A stretch of 56,172 nucleotides of DNA from Gomphosphaeria aponina SAG 52.96 = DSM 107014 (GTDB taxonomy: Bacteria; Cyanobacteriota; Cyanobacteriia; Cyanobacteriales; Gomphosphaeriaceae): contig JADQBC010000003.1 in NCBI GenBank assembly GCA_016903655.1, positions 1 to 56,172 on the forward strand, read 5' to 3'. A program made the translations under genes and the position numbers. The notes beneath the pieces are model-generated. The model was not told where the DNA came from. It saw only the letters and a list, made by a program, of their open reading frames with translations, and ran no database searches. Within the stretch, counting starts at the first letter, position 1. Each line of letters starts with the position of its first letter. Below, in pieces: positions 1-10,986 of this stretch.

Positions 1-386
1 ATAAAATGTTTAAATAGATGGAATCTAGAATTACCAATTATTAATAACCAGTTAGTCATTATAAGTGCTTGGATTGGTATTGGCAAGTGTTGTGCCCAAG
101 AGCATGAACAGATGCTCTTAAAAAATATTATCTTTGCTATAGTCATTAGTCATTCATTCTGTATCAATCTTGTAACAATAAAAAAATAGGATAAATACTC
201 CCCACTCCGAATAGTTATAGATAAGAGATAAGAGATAATGGATAATTATTGAAAGGATAAAATGTTTAAATAGACTGTTCCTAACGGGTGCAGTAAAAGG
301 AAGTGGGGCAAATCAAAATTAAATCATTATCCCAAAATCAAAAAGATATGTCAGAATAAAAAGAAAAAGAAAAAAGGAGAGGATTG

Positions 387-2114
387 ATGGTAGCAACCCC
401 AGTAAAAATCGAAAAACGGTTGACAATGCAGAGCCAGGAAATAGCGGCGGATACAACAGCAATCCGCTCCCTCGACTGGGATCGCGATCGCTTTGATATT
501 GAATTTGGCCTGCAAAATGGAACAACCTATAACTCCTATATCATTCGGTCAGAGAAAACAGCTTTAGTCGATACATCCCACAAAAAATTCCAAAAACTAT
601 ATCTAGAACTACTCACAGGATTAATTAATCCCCAGGAAATAGACTATTTAATTATCTCCCACACAGAACCAGATCACAGTGGATTGGTAAAAGATGTGCT
701 GCAACTAGCACCAGATGCAGTAGTGGTAGGTTCAAAAATAGCCATTCAATTTCTAGAGGGTTTTATCCATCAACCAATGAGACAGAAAATCGTCAAAAAT
801 GGCGATACCCTGGACTTAGGCAAAGGTCATATAATAGAATTTGTCAATGCTCCTAACCTGCACTGGCCAGACACCATCTTCAGTTATGATCATGGGACCC
901 GAGTGATGTTTACCTGCGACGCATTTGGAATGCACTACTGCGATGACAAATTGTTTGATGAAGACTTAGGAGCGATCGAAGCAGACTACCGTTTCTATTA
1001 TGAATGCCTCATGGCACCCAATGCCCGTTCCGTCATTGCCGCCATGAAAAGAATGGAACAACTGGGAGAAGTTACAACAGTAGCCAATGGACATGGCCCA
1101 TTATTGCGTCATAATACGCATGAATTATTAAGCAGATATCGCCATTGGAGTCAAGAGCAAAGTAAAGGAGAAAAAACAGTAGGCGTGTTTTATATCTCCG
1201 ACTATGGATATAGCGATCGCATGGCCCAAGCAATAGCAAAAGGAATTACCAAAACAGGGGTAGCAGTAGAAATGGTGGACTTAAAAGTAGCCGACCCCCA
1301 AGATGTGCAAGAATTAGTTAGTCGTGCAGCAGGAATAGTGTTAGGAATGCCCCCACTTGGAGGTGAGAATTTAAAAGAAACAACCACTAATATTGGCACA
1401 ATATTAGCAGCAGCCAACAAAAAACAAGTCATAGGCATATTTGAATCCTACGGAGGCAATGATGAACCCATCGATCCCATCTTAACCAAATTTATGGAAG
1501 TAGGACTAACCAAAGCATTCCCCTCAATTCGCCTCAAGGACACTCCTGGAGAATTACAATATCAATTATGTGAAGAAGCAGGAACAGACTTAGGACAAAT
1601 GTTAACCCGCGAAAGCTCAATTAAGCAAAGAAAATCCTTTGACAATGACTTAGAGAAAGCACTGGGAAGGCTAAGTGGCGGTTTATATATTATTACTGCC
1701 ACAAAAGGAAACGCCAGTGGAGCAATGTTAGCATCATGGGTAACACAAGCAAGTTTTGACCCACCAGGGTTTACCGTAGCAGTAGCAAAAGACAGAGCGA
1801 TAGAATCATTAATGCAAGTAGGCGATCGCTTTGTTTTAAATGTCTTAGAAGAAGGGAATTATCAACCATTAATGAAGCATTTCCTCAAACGTTTTCCCCC
1901 AGGAGCAGATCGTTTTGCAGGAGTAAAAACCCAAACCGCAACTAATGGTTCCCCCATCTTAAAAGATGCCCTCGCCTATTTAGAATGTGAAGTAATTAGC
2001 CGCATGGAATGTTCAGATCACTGGGTGGTTTATAGTAAAGTAACAGATGGGCGTGTCTCCCAACCTGACTCACTGACCGCCGTCCACCATCGCAAAGTAG
2101 GCAATTATTATTAA
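387..2114 (+). CDS. flv3: Flavodiiron protein Flv3 (class C FDP)
   Basis: Metallo-beta-lactamase domain with canonical HTEPDH ligands and RSLDWDRDRFDIEFGL motif, then flavodoxin and C-terminal flavin reductase domains; ATG 387 after AGGAGAGG. Confidence 0.9.
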   Translation: MVATPVKIEKRLTMQSQEIAADTTAIRSLDWDRDRFDIEFGLQNGTTYNSYIIRSEKTALVDTSHKKFQKLYLELLTGLINPQEIDYLIISHTEPDHSGLVKDVLQLAPDAVVVGSKIAIQFLEGFIHQPMRQKIVKNGDTLDLGKGHIIEFVNAPNLHWPDTIFSYDHGTRVMFTCDAFGMHYCDDKLFDEDLGAIEADYRFYYECLMAPNARSVIAAMKRMEQLGEVTTVANGHGPLLRHNTHELLSRYRHWSQEQSKGEKTVGVFYISDYGYSDRMAQAIAKGITKTGVAVEMVDLKVADPQDVQELVSRAAGIVLGMPPLGGENLKETTTNIGTILAAANKKQVIGIFESYGGNDEPIDPILTKFMEVGLTKAFPSIRLKDTPGELQYQLCEEAGTDLGQMLTRESSIKQRKSFDNDLEKALGRLSGGLYIITATKGNASGAMLASWVTQASFDPPGFTVAVAKDRAIESLMQVGDRFVLNVLEEGNYQPLMKHFLKRFPPGADRFAGVKTQTATNGSPILKDALAYLECEVISRMECSDHWVVYSKVTDGRVSQPDSLTAVHHRKVGNYY

Positions 2115-2122
2115 TTGGTGCC

Positions 2123-2168
2123 TAGGGGCGGGTAACAGGATAATAAATTTAAGCTCAAAACCCGCCCT
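2123..2168. repeat. GGGGCGGGT...ACCCGCCC palindromic REP-like element
   Basis: TAGGGGCGGGT ... AAAACCCGCCCT just after the flv3 stop; same family at about 18205, 19664, 22108, 30752, 47886, 52474. Confidence 0.75.
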
Positions 2169-2236
2169 CTCGGTTATTAGTCTAAGCTCATTCTAATGAC
2201 CTGCCGACCAATGATTGACTAATTACCTGCCGACCA

Positions 2237-3178
2237 ATGACAAAAGTAGATGTAACTTTTAAACTGCCCGACCACATTCAAGCCAGCATAGACTCGGGAG
2301 AATATATCCGTCAAGGAAGATTAATTGTATCGAGAGAAAATCAACAGCAAATTATCGGCTGGTTACGGGAAACTCAGACTACAATAGACAAGATATATTC
2401 AGAAATTAACTCCGCTGCTCTAGCAGATTTATTTTACACCGAAACCTCAAGCTGGGCTTGGGAATTAATCTTAGGTAAATTAAGCCAAAACCCAGAAAAA
2501 GTAGAAGAGATAGAAGCAGATTATCGAGAACTAAATCTGCAGTTGAAAATTAAGCTGAATTTAAGTTTATCAGGCTCGTTTATTCCTGTATTTAAAATAA
2601 TAGATCAGCTATTAAATGCGCCAACAATGAATGAAGAATTAGCCAAAAAAGCCAGTAAACCAATAGAAAACCTCTATGATAACGCCTCAAAAATAGCCAT
2701 GTTTTATTTAAATAGTATCAGGAAAGATATTAACAAATTAAATCTAGAATGGTTTCAGAAAATAATCTCCATTAGATATTTTGCATATAAAACAAACATA
2801 GTTTTTAACCTAGTCAGAGGAGAGATTAAAGCAGCTCGCAATTGTTTAAATAGAGAAAGATTAATTGTAGAAGAAACTGTCAATTGTCTGGTGAGTGTTG
2901 AAGATAACCAACATGGTCGGTTAAGAAACAATTTAGAGTATCAAATAAAACTAACTAAGAAAGCAAGCAAACACAATACAAAATACAAATTAGCCAGATT
3001 GCACACGGAATTAGTTGGTGATTTAGCCAAAGCTTTTAAACTGGAATATAAAGCAATATCATTTGAGATAACACTATTAGAAAAATTAGGCATTTCTTGG
3101 CAAGCATGGAAACAACTTAAACCAGAAAAACAAAATCCTCAAGCAGATTTTATCTATATTATCCCCCATAATTTCTAA
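2237..3178 (+). CDS. Hypothetical protein, 313 aa, helical-looking
   Basis: Long AT-rich ORF with no recognised catalytic motif. Confidence 0.7.
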   Translation: MTKVDVTFKLPDHIQASIDSGEYIRQGRLIVSRENQQQIIGWLRETQTTIDKIYSEINSAALADLFYTETSSWAWELILGKLSQNPEKVEEIEADYRELNLQLKIKLNLSLSGSFIPVFKIIDQLLNAPTMNEELAKKASKPIENLYDNASKIAMFYLNSIRKDINKLNLEWFQKIISIRYFAYKTNIVFNLVRGEIKAARNCLNRERLIVEETVNCLVSVEDNQHGRLRNNLEYQIKLTKKASKHNTKYKLARLHTELVGDLAKAFKLEYKAISFEITLLEKLGISWQAWKQLKPEKQNPQADFIYIIPHNF

Positions 3179-3184
3179 TTAACC

Positions 3185-3400
3185 AGATCAAGAAGGCAGA
3201 AAAACCAGGGAAAACAGTTTGAGTAGTAGCAACTTCTCCCAAAGTTAATCAGAGATGTTGCTCTCAAGTAAGAATAATGAGCCATAAACTCTCAGGAAAA
3301 ACTAACCAGACTTCCTGACAACCAGAAGCTAAATAATACTGAGATTTCATAAATAATGCTTCCCCACTATCCTCAAAAGAAAAAATTTATGCAATTAAAG
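3185..3400 (-). pseudogene. Uma2 (DUF820) endonuclease C-terminal remnant
   Basis: Minus strand reads LIA*IFSFEDSGEALFMKSQYYLASGCQEVWLVFPESLWLIILT*EQHL*LTLGEVATTQTVFPGFS, matching the Uma2 YL..G..EVWLV.P and LPGF motifs, with three stops. Confidence 0.75.
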
Positions 3401-3596
3401 GAAAACTTTGGGGTAAAATTGAATTGGTGCGGGTCTGAAAGTTATACCTGTTTTCTCAATTAATTTACCATCCACTAACTCCATATTTGCTCTTTGGTTC
3501 GCGGATTTTAACATAGATTAAAACTCCTGATAAGAGTGAAATGATTAGTTACCCAAACCATTTTATTATTCATCCACATTATCCATTAAAAATATT

Positions 3597-5336
3597 ATGA
3601 CAGAAACAAAACCAAGAGATGTGCAAATAGTACCAGTCGCAGCAGAAACAAGAGTATGGCGATCGCGTACTTGGGACAGACTAAAATTTGAGATCGAATA
3701 CGCCCTGGAACGGGGAACTACAGCCAACAGTTACTTAATTGAAGGAGAAAAAACCGCATTAATTGACCCCCCAGGAGAATCATTTACGGAAATTTTCCTC
3801 ACCGCCCTTCAAGAACGAACCGACATCAAAAAAATAGATTATGTCATTCTCGGTCATGTCAACCCTAACCGCCTAGTAACGCTCAACGCTTTACTTCAGC
3901 TAGCACCGCAAATAACATTTATTTGTTCTAACCCAGGAGCCAAATTATTACAAAGTTTATTTGAGGATAAATATCCAGAAACCAAAAATGTAAAAATTAA
4001 AATAATGAAAGGGGAAGAAACATTAGACTTAGGAAAAGGACATCATCTAGAATTTATTCCTACTTCTAACCCCCGCTATCCAGACTTACTTTGTACCTAT
4101 GACCCCAAAACAGAAATACTCTTTACCGATAAACTTTTTAGCGCCCATATCTGTGGAGAACAAGTATTAGATGAAGGGTGGGCAGTATATCGAGAAGATA
4201 GAAGATACTATTTTGATTGTGTCATGGCACCCTACGCCCGCCAAGTGGAAATAAGCTTAGAAAAATTAAAGAGTTTTGACGCAAAAATCTACGCCACTGG
4301 TCATGGGCCATTAGTACGTTATGGTAAAACAGAACTAACAGCAGCTTATCAAACATGGGCCGCCGCCCAAAAATCCCAAGAATTAACAGTAGCCTTAATT
4401 TATGCCTCAGCCTACGGGAATACAGCCAGTTTAGCTCAAGCGATCGCCCGTGGGATTACCAAAGCGGGAGTTGGGGTAGAATCAATTAACGCCGAATTTG
4501 CCGAAAGTGCCCAAATTAAAGCAGCAGTACAAAAATGCGCAGGGTTTATATTTGGTTCCCCCACATTAGGCGGTCATGCACCCACCCAGATCCAAACCGC
4601 CCTGGGAATAACTTTAGCAAATACAGATAAAAATAAACTAGCTGGGGTATTTGGTTCCTTTGGTTGGAGTGGAGAAGCGATCGACTTATTAGAAAGTAAA
4701 TTTCGCGATGCTGGATATCGTTTAGGGTTTGAAAGTATTCGGGTGAAATTTACCCCCACAGATACTACAATAAAATTCTGTGAAGAGACGGGGACAGATT
4801 TTGCTCAAGCATTGAAAAAAGCCAAACGCGCCCTCAAACCTAAACAAACTGTAAGTAGTTCAGCTACAGCACGGATGGAACAAGCATTAGGCAGAATAGT
4901 CGGTTCTCTATGTGTAGTGACAACCCAAAAAGAAGAAATCGGAGGCGCAATGTTGGCTTCTTGGGTATCACAGGCTACATTTAACCCCCCAGGTTTTACC
5001 GTCGCCGTAGCCAAAGAAAGAGCGATCGAATCTTTATTACATACTGGCAATAAATTTGTGTTAAATATCCTCCCTGAAGGGAAGCACTTAGGATTAATGA
5101 AACACTTCCTCAAACCATTTACCCCAGGAGAAAACCGTTTTGCGGGGGTAGAAACAGAAATAGCAGCAAACGGTTCACCCTATCTCAAAGATGCCCTTGC
5201 TTACCTTGAATGTCAAGTAGATAACAGGATGGAATGTGGCGACCACTGGGTAATTTATGCAATAGTTGAAAAAGGCAAAGTTTTACAAGAAGGAGTAACT
5301 GCCATACATCATCGCCAATCTGGCAATCATTATTAG
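3597..5336 (+). CDS. flv1: Flavodiiron protein Flv1
   Basis: RSRTWDRLKFEIEY motif and non-canonical HVNPNR in place of HTEPDH; same three-domain layout as Flv3. Confidence 0.88.
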   Translation: MTETKPRDVQIVPVAAETRVWRSRTWDRLKFEIEYALERGTTANSYLIEGEKTALIDPPGESFTEIFLTALQERTDIKKIDYVILGHVNPNRLVTLNALLQLAPQITFICSNPGAKLLQSLFEDKYPETKNVKIKIMKGEETLDLGKGHHLEFIPTSNPRYPDLLCTYDPKTEILFTDKLFSAHICGEQVLDEGWAVYREDRRYYFDCVMAPYARQVEISLEKLKSFDAKIYATGHGPLVRYGKTELTAAYQTWAAAQKSQELTVALIYASAYGNTASLAQAIARGITKAGVGVESINAEFAESAQIKAAVQKCAGFIFGSPTLGGHAPTQIQTALGITLANTDKNKLAGVFGSFGWSGEAIDLLESKFRDAGYRLGFESIRVKFTPTDTTIKFCEETGTDFAQALKKAKRALKPKQTVSSSATARMEQALGRIVGSLCVVTTQKEEIGGAMLASWVSQATFNPPGFTVAVAKERAIESLLHTGNKFVLNILPEGKHLGLMKHFLKPFTPGENRFAGVETEIAANGSPYLKDALAYLECQVDNRMECGDHWVIYAIVEKGKVLQEGVTAIHHRQSGNHY

Positions 5337-5340
5337 TCTT

Positions 5341-5421
5341 GTTAATTGTTGATGGTTGATGGTTGATGGTTGATGGTTGATGGTTGATGGTTGATGGTTG
5401 ATGGTTGATTGTTGATTGTTA
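5341..5421. repeat. STRR heptamer tract (TGGTTGA)n with TTGTTGA variants
   Basis: Directly visible tandem 7-mers. Confidence 0.95.
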
Positions 5422-5534
5422 TAGCATGCAGGGATGAAAAAATTTGAGTTGCTTCAGAACAACAAATAAAGCGCATTGCATTTAACACAGCCCTACAAGA
5501 TTGGTTGATAATTCCCCAACCTGCTAAACTAATT

Positions 5535-6344
5535 ATGCCAAAACAAAGACTTGACACCCTTCTAGTTACACTCAACCTTTGCCCCTCCAGAGAAAAAGCC
5601 CAGCGGCTAATTCGCGCAGGAGAAGTAAAAGTGAATGACAGAGTAATTGATAAACCTGGTACTGAAGTAGATCCCGTAGCCCACCTTCAAATCCTAGAAA
5701 AACCGCCCTATGTATCTCGCGGCGGCGAAAAGCTCTCAAAAGCCATAAAAGAGTTTAAAATCTCTGTAGAAGGGCGTATCTGCCTAGATGGTGGCATTTC
5801 TACAGGGGGGTTCACCGATTGCTTACTACAAAATGGAGCAAAGCAGGTTTATGGAGTGGATGTGGGCTATGGACAAGTTGCCTGGAGTTTACGCTCAGAT
5901 CCACGTTTAATATTAAAAGAAAGAACCAATTTTCGCTACCTTACCCCTACTGATTTGTATGGTGACAACCCCCGAGCAGATTTAGGCGTAATGGATTTAT
6001 CCTTCATTTCCCTTACAAAAGTTCTCCCACCCCTGTGGGATTTGCTGGTAAAACTCAAAGAAGTGGTATTGCTGGTAAAACCTCAATTTGAAGTGGGACG
6101 GACAAAAGTCGGCAAGAAAGGTGTTGTTCGCAATCCTACAGACCAGGCTCAAGCTATTTTCACCATCCTCCAAGCTGCTCAAAATCAAGGTTGGAAATAT
6201 GGAGGTTTAACCAGCTCCCCCATAACAGGGCCCGCTGGGAATATTGAATACCTTTTGTGGTTGAGTACCATCACCCACCTGGAATTTCCCCCATTAGCTC
6301 AAGTTGAAGCTCTAACTAAAGATGCCTTGGAGGGGCCAGGATAA
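5535..6344 (+). CDS. tlyA: TlyA family RNA methyltransferase
   Basis: S4 domain KQRLD, YVSRGGEKL, DGGISTGGFTDCLLQ and LVKPQFE motifs; ATG at 5535. Confidence 0.92.
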   Translation: MPKQRLDTLLVTLNLCPSREKAQRLIRAGEVKVNDRVIDKPGTEVDPVAHLQILEKPPYVSRGGEKLSKAIKEFKISVEGRICLDGGISTGGFTDCLLQNGAKQVYGVDVGYGQVAWSLRSDPRLILKERTNFRYLTPTDLYGDNPRADLGVMDLSFISLTKVLPPLWDLLVKLKEVVLLVKPQFEVGRTKVGKKGVVRNPTDQAQAIFTILQAAQNQGWKYGGLTSSPITGPAGNIEYLLWLSTITHLEFPPLAQVEALTKDALEGPG

Positions 6345-6538
6345 CATCCCGCCCCCTCCACTCAAGAGAGTTAGCTTGTTTGTTATGTAAAGTTTTATTA
6401 AGATTTTGATGGTTTTTGAGCAATTGTGCTATTGAGTTAAAACAAACTTTGACTACTCGTTTAGAAGTGAATTTGTCAGAAAAATTTACTACTGTTTTTG
6501 AGACTATATATCAGCTATTGCTAACCACTCAGAAAATG

Positions 6539-6643
6539 GGCGTTGCGTTTTTTCGAGTATTACACACGCATACAGTGAGTGGGGAGAGGGTTTGGTTAGT
6601 AGGTTTTGTAAGATAAAAATTCATGACTCAATTCAGCAATGCC
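6539..6643. mobile_element. Small dispersed element with imperfect terminal IRs (GGCGTTGC...GCAATGCC)
   Basis: Related copy at 12378-12502. Confidence 0.7.
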
Positions 6644-6666
6644 GCACACAAACAACCCGCCACTAC

Positions 6667-7074
6667 TTATGTAATTAAAGTGTCTTTTGTATCTTTCGAT
6701 ACTTGTTCTTGAGTAAGAGTTGATTGATCATCTTTTTCTGTTGTCCCATGCCTTTGTCTTGTCTCTTCTGAGTCTAAAGAAATCTGAATTTTCGGGCCTG
6801 ACTTCGCTAGACAGATGATCATACCATCCACCACTATAGTTTGATTGATCCGTTTGCCCGTTTTAATTTCGTAAGTTCCATTTGTCCCTAAATTGACCAA
6901 TTCCCAGTGAGAATCAGTCGGTCTGATTTCGAGGTGATGGCGGGAAACTACAGCACTGTAGAGAATTACGTCATTTTTTGTTGACCGCCCAATCCGAATA
7001 GTTGTGTCTGGTTCAAAAGTCCATTTTTGAACTGGGACATCTTTGATAGGGTGTAATAGGGTCAAAGTAATCAC
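6667..7074 (-). CDS. FHA domain protein
   Basis: IRIGRS, VSRHH and GTNGTY FHA motifs. Confidence 0.9.
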   Translation of the reverse strand: MITLTLLHPIKDVPVQKWTFEPDTTIRIGRSTKNDVILYSAVVSRHHLEIRPTDSHWELVNLGTNGTYEIKTGKRINQTIVVDGMIICLAKSGPKIQISLDSEETRQRHGTTEKDDQSTLTQEQVSKDTKDTLIT

Positions 7075-7229
7075 TGACGTTTCAGAGAATAGGTTGATAT
7101 TTTTTTGAGCTGCTCGATAAACAAACTGCCACCAAGATTAATTATATCTCTTCTTACCCAATTCAAGAATAATAACCACGTACCCATTAATGGCACATGG
7201 TTATTTCAGTGCTTGAATTGTTAATTCTC

Positions 7230-7505
7230 CTAGAGAATACCTGCGCTACCTAGCCCCAGGATCAACCCTGCGCCTAAAATATGACCAAAGCTGGTAGTTG
7301 CCAAAAGTTCGGGAATGCCAAAGTTTTTCCATAAAGCTGGCTTTCCTACTGGTAAATCTGGCCCAGAACCAGCTTGCTGAATGGCAAAGCGACCAATAGC
7401 AATGGCAAATATATTACACGCAATCATAATAATTGCTACGGAAAAGTTCCACTCGGTTGTTTGGGGCACAACGGTTTGAACGGCGAACAGCAAAGTTGAG
7501 TTCAT
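7230..7505 (-). CDS. psaK: Photosystem I subunit PsaK
   Basis: Two TM helices, CNIFAIAIGR and FGIPELLATTSFGHILGAG motifs; GAGGAGG RBS. Confidence 0.93.
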   Translation of the reverse strand: MNSTLLFAVQTVVPQTTEWNFSVAIIMIACNIFAIAIGRFAIQQAGSGPDLPVGKPALWKNFGIPELLATTSFGHILGAGLILGLGSAGIL

Positions 7506-7626
7506 CAAAATTTTGATTACCTCCTCAGTTGATTTTTATTTGATTTTGAAGTAATATTATAAATATCTTTGCTCTTATTTTGTCCCTATCTTTAACAGTT
7601 CTTTATTCTTTTTTACATTTCTTTAT

Positions 7627-8265
7627 ATGCGGGTTAAAATATGTGGAATTACCAAACCAGCTCAAGGGAAGGCGATCGCCGCTTTGGGAGCAACTGCTTT
7701 AGGTTTTATTTGTGTTGCCCAATCTCCTCGCTACGTTTCTTTAACACAAATCCGAGCAATTGTCAAGGAACTTCCCCCCAAAATTGACAAAATTGGCGTT
7801 TTTGCTCATGCCAGTCAGGAGGAAATTGTTGAAATTGCCTCAGCCACAGGTTTAACTGGAGTGCAACTTCATGGAGATGAATCTCCCGAGTTTTGTAATT
7901 CACTCCGACAGCTATTACCAGGTAGAGAAATCATCAAAGCCATGAGGATAAAAACTCAGGAGTCTTTATCCCTGACTTTAAATTACATTAACTGCATTGA
8001 TACCCTACTATTGGATGCTTATCATCCCCAGTTACTGGGGGGGAGTGGTCGAACTCTCAACTGGGATATTTTAGCCAAATGGCAAACAACTTTCCCTTGG
8101 TTTTTAGCGGGGGGGCTAACACCTGAAAACATCAAAGTTGCTTTATCCCAACTGCAACCCGATGGTATTGACTTATCCAGTGGCCTTGAGCGCTCTCCTG
8201 GTGACAAAGACTTAAAGCGAGTCACCCTCCTCTTTAACCAACTATCATCGAATCATCAACTATAA
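7627..8265 (+). CDS. trpF: Phosphoribosylanthranilate isomerase
   Basis: VKICGIT, VQLHGDE, LAGGL and DLSSGLE motifs. Confidence 0.95.
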   Translation: MRVKICGITKPAQGKAIAALGATALGFICVAQSPRYVSLTQIRAIVKELPPKIDKIGVFAHASQEEIVEIASATGLTGVQLHGDESPEFCNSLRQLLPGREIIKAMRIKTQESLSLTLNYINCIDTLLLDAYHPQLLGGSGRTLNWDILAKWQTTFPWFLAGGLTPENIKVALSQLQPDGIDLSSGLERSPGDKDLKRVTLLFNQLSSNHQL

Positions 8266-9006
8266 CTAAAAGAAATTCGGTTGATGACGAATCAGGTTCA
8301 AAAATTCTTCCCGACTTTTCTGCTCATCTTGAAACATTCCTATCATAGCACTTGTTACAGTCCAGGAACCTGGTTTCTGCACTCCGCGCATTGCCATACA
8401 CATATGAGTTGCTTCCATTACAACCGCTACACCCTGGGGTTCTAAGACCGTTTGAATAGCTTCTGCTATTTCACGAGTGAGACGCTCCTGTACCTGTAAT
8501 CTTCTTGAGTACATTTCGACAATGCGCGCCAATTTACTCAGACCCACCACTTTTTGCTTGGGAATATAGGCTACATGAGCTTTCCCCATAAAAGGCAGCA
8601 TATGGTGTTCACACAGGCTAAAGAAATCTATATCCCGCACTAGCACCATTTCATTATGCCCTTCATCAAAAATAGCTCCATTAACCAGCTTTTCGAGAGA
8701 TTGATTATAGCCTTGAGTAAGAAATTGCATTGCCTCAGCTACTCGCTTTGGCGTTTTTAACAGTCCTTCTCGCTCTGGATCTTCCCCTACAGACTCTAAC
8801 ATTGTCCGTACAGCACTCATCATTTCTGCTTTTGCCTGTTCTGATGCTGGTTTGATTTTGGCTTCTTTCCCGTTATGGGTATTGCGATCTGGCCTACTTA
8901 ATACTCCTTCAATTACAGTCTTGCTTGTCCTATTAAGCACATCTGAACCTGAATCTATCTGGGAAGATAAAGAGCCATTTAAACCGTTGGAAGATGCTAT
9001 TGTCAT
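8266..9006 (-). CDS. folE: GTP cyclohydrolase I
   Basis: [26 protein letters not shown] and HMCMAMRG motifs. Confidence 0.97.
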   Translation of the reverse strand: MTIASSNGLNGSLSSQIDSGSDVLNRTSKTVIEGVLSRPDRNTHNGKEAKIKPASEQAKAEMMSAVRTMLESVGEDPEREGLLKTPKRVAEAMQFLTQGYNQSLEKLVNGAIFDEGHNEMVLVRDIDFFSLCEHHMLPFMGKAHVAYIPKQKVVGLSKLARIVEMYSRRLQVQERLTREIAEAIQTVLEPQGVAVVMEATHMCMAMRGVQKPGSWTVTSAMIGMFQDEQKSREEFLNLIRHQPNFF

Positions 9007-9008
9007 AA

Positions 9009-9122
9009 TTAATTGTTAATAGTTAATAGTTGATGGTTAATAGTTGATGGTTGATGGTTAATAGTTGATGGTTGATGGTTAATTGTTGATGGTTAATTGT
9101 TCCCTAATTCAACCATCAACCA
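9009..9122. repeat. Mixed STRR heptamer tract (TGGTTGA/TAGTTAA/TTGTTAA) ending in an inverted TCAACCA pair
   Basis: Visible tandem 7-mers between SDR and folE. Confidence 0.9.
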
Positions 9123-9854
9123 TTAGAGAATGCCTGCACTAGGCATAATTGTTAATTCATCTACCACCGCTTCTGCACTTAGTAGCGCTATTTGGAGAAT
9201 TAACTCAGCGACTGTTTCTGGTTTTAACATCGCTGCACGATTCAAGTCCGCTTGTACTGTGTCAGTATCCCAGATTGGAGTATTGACTGCTCCAGGAGAA
9301 ATGGTCATCACTCTAATACCATTTGCTCTTTCTTCTGCTGCTAGAACTTTAGAAAATGCTACTAAACCTGCCTTACTCACCCCATAAGCCCCCCACTGGG
9401 GTATGGGCATACTAGCAGCCATGGAAGCCACATTGATAATCGTTCCCGCAGCTCTTTGTCGCATTTCGGGCAGTACCCCCAAAACGCATTGAAAAACAGA
9501 GGTAAGATTGAGGTCAATTATTTTTTGCCAGTCGGCTATTGGTGTGTCACTGAGGAGGTTAGTATAGCCCATCCCCGCATTATTGACCAAAATATCTATT
9601 GGTCCGAAGTCCGCTGCGATCGCCTCAATTTTTGTTTTTACCGCCTCAATCTTTGCTAAATCTATCTGAAATACCTTAGCTTCCACTCCTGCTTCTTGAG
9701 CTGCGGTTGCTACTGCCTCTAATGAAGTTTGTGAGCGTGCGACTAATGCCACATCGATCCCTGCTCCCGCAAATGCTAAAGCTGTGGCTTTACCTATACC
9801 GCTACTAGCTCCTGTGATTATGGCTCGCTTTTTTTGCCCAGGTGGAAAACTCAT
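9123..9854 (-). CDS. SDR family oxidoreductase
   Basis: TGASSGIG, NNAG and YGVSK motifs; usual neighbour of accA/folE in cyanobacteria. Confidence 0.93.
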   Translation of the reverse strand: MSFPPGQKKRAIITGASSGIGKATALAFAGAGIDVALVARSQTSLEAVATAAQEAGVEAKVFQIDLAKIEAVKTKIEAIAADFGPIDILVNNAGMGYTNLLSDTPIADWQKIIDLNLTSVFQCVLGVLPEMRQRAAGTIINVASMAASMPIPQWGAYGVSKAGLVAFSKVLAAEERANGIRVMTISPGAVNTPIWDTDTVQADLNRAAMLKPETVAELILQIALLSAEAVVDELTIMPSAGIL

Positions 9855-9991
9855 GTTCTACTTTTAATTGCTTAAATTCTGTTTGCTGTTTGGCGATGGC
9901 AGCCTAAAACTTCCTGGTCACTTGCCAATTTTTACCTCGGGTTTGAGGTTCGTTACAATTGTTACCAATTCATTATAACATTCCGTGCAGT

Positions 9992-10984
9992 TCACTCAAT
10001 TTTTCCTGCTGAATTTTCACTAAACACTCCCAGTTTGCGAAACTTTTGGTAGCGCAACTGTTTCCTTTCTGCTGGTGTCATCATAGATAATTTTTCCAGA
10101 TTTTCCAGCAGAGCTTTTTTCAGTAGCTCTGCCGCTTTTAATGGCTCTGCGTGGGCACTCTTGGGCGGTTCGGGTACAATGAAGTCTATAATTCCTAATG
10201 CTTGTAAATCTTGTGCCGTTATTTTCAAAGAAGCACAGGCTTGGGGTGATTTTTTTGCATCTTTCCACAGAATAGCTGCACAAGCTTCTGGTGTTGCTAC
10301 CGTATAAACTGCGTGCTCTAACATTAATAATCTGTCTCCTACGCCAATACCTAATGCGCCCCCTGAACCCCCTTCCCCAATCACTGTACAAATAATTGGT
10401 ACATTGAGAGAGAACATTTCCCGCAGGTTATAGGCGATCGCCTCTCCTTGTCCCTGTTTTTCTGCTTCTACTCCTGCCCATGCTCCTGGTGTATCTATTA
10501 ATGTTATAATGGGCAGGTCAAACTGGTTTGCGTGTTTCATTAAGCGCATTGCTTTCCGATACCCTCCTGGGGATGCCATCCCAAAATTCCTAGCTACATT
10601 ATCTTTCGTATCCCGTCCTTTTTGGTGTCCTAGTATTACTACTGGTTTTCCTCCCAAACGGGCTACACCCCCCACCAAGGCTGGGTCATCTCCTCCACAG
10701 CGATCGCCGTGCATTTCTAACCATTCATCTGTTATCCCCTGTATATAATCCAGAGTACTTGGTCGGCGCGGATGACGGGCTAATTGTAATCTCTGCGACG
10801 GCGTTAACGTACTAAATATTTCCTGCCGCAGTTCTTCTGCTCTTGCTTCCAATTGCATTATCTGCTCAGATACATCCACGTTATTTTCTTCTGCCAATTC
10901 CCTGATCTGGTTTATGCGCCCTTGCAGATCACACAAAGGTTTCTCAAAATCTAGCAGAAAGGTTCTTCGCTCTGTTTTTGACAT
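9992..10984 (-). CDS. accA: Acetyl-CoA carboxylase carboxyltransferase alpha subunit
   Basis: [22 protein letters not shown] and GEGGSGGAL motifs. Confidence 0.97.
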   Translation of the reverse strand: MSKTERRTFLLDFEKPLCDLQGRINQIRELAEENNVDVSEQIMQLEARAEELRQEIFSTLTPSQRLQLARHPRRPSTLDYIQGITDEWLEMHGDRCGGDDPALVGGVARLGGKPVVILGHQKGRDTKDNVARNFGMASPGGYRKAMRLMKHANQFDLPIITLIDTPGAWAGVEAEKQGQGEAIAYNLREMFSLNVPIICTVIGEGGSGGALGIGVGDRLLMLEHAVYTVATPEACAAILWKDAKKSPQACASLKITAQDLQALGIIDFIVPEPPKSAHAEPLKAAELLKKALLENLEKLSMMTPAERKQLRYQKFRKLGVFSENSAGKIE

Positions 10985-10986
10985 CT

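Noticed and set aside
1..274. 18-bp direct repeat (1-18 and 257-274) and a possible decayed SDR N-terminus (NNQLVIISAWIGIGKCCAQE) near 44-105
   Set aside because: AT-rich, short and cut by the window edge; too little evidence to call
5342..5575. ORFs containing HQPSTIN runs (also 50432-50707 and the cheA extension 39924-39995)
   Set aside because: (TCAACCA)n has no stop codon in any frame, so these are repeat artefacts; cheA has a proper ATG at 39923
6416..6616. 66-aa ORF (also 11965-12201, 23286-23630, 47231-47505)
   Set aside because: Each overlaps repeats, promoters or real genes and has no recognisable motif
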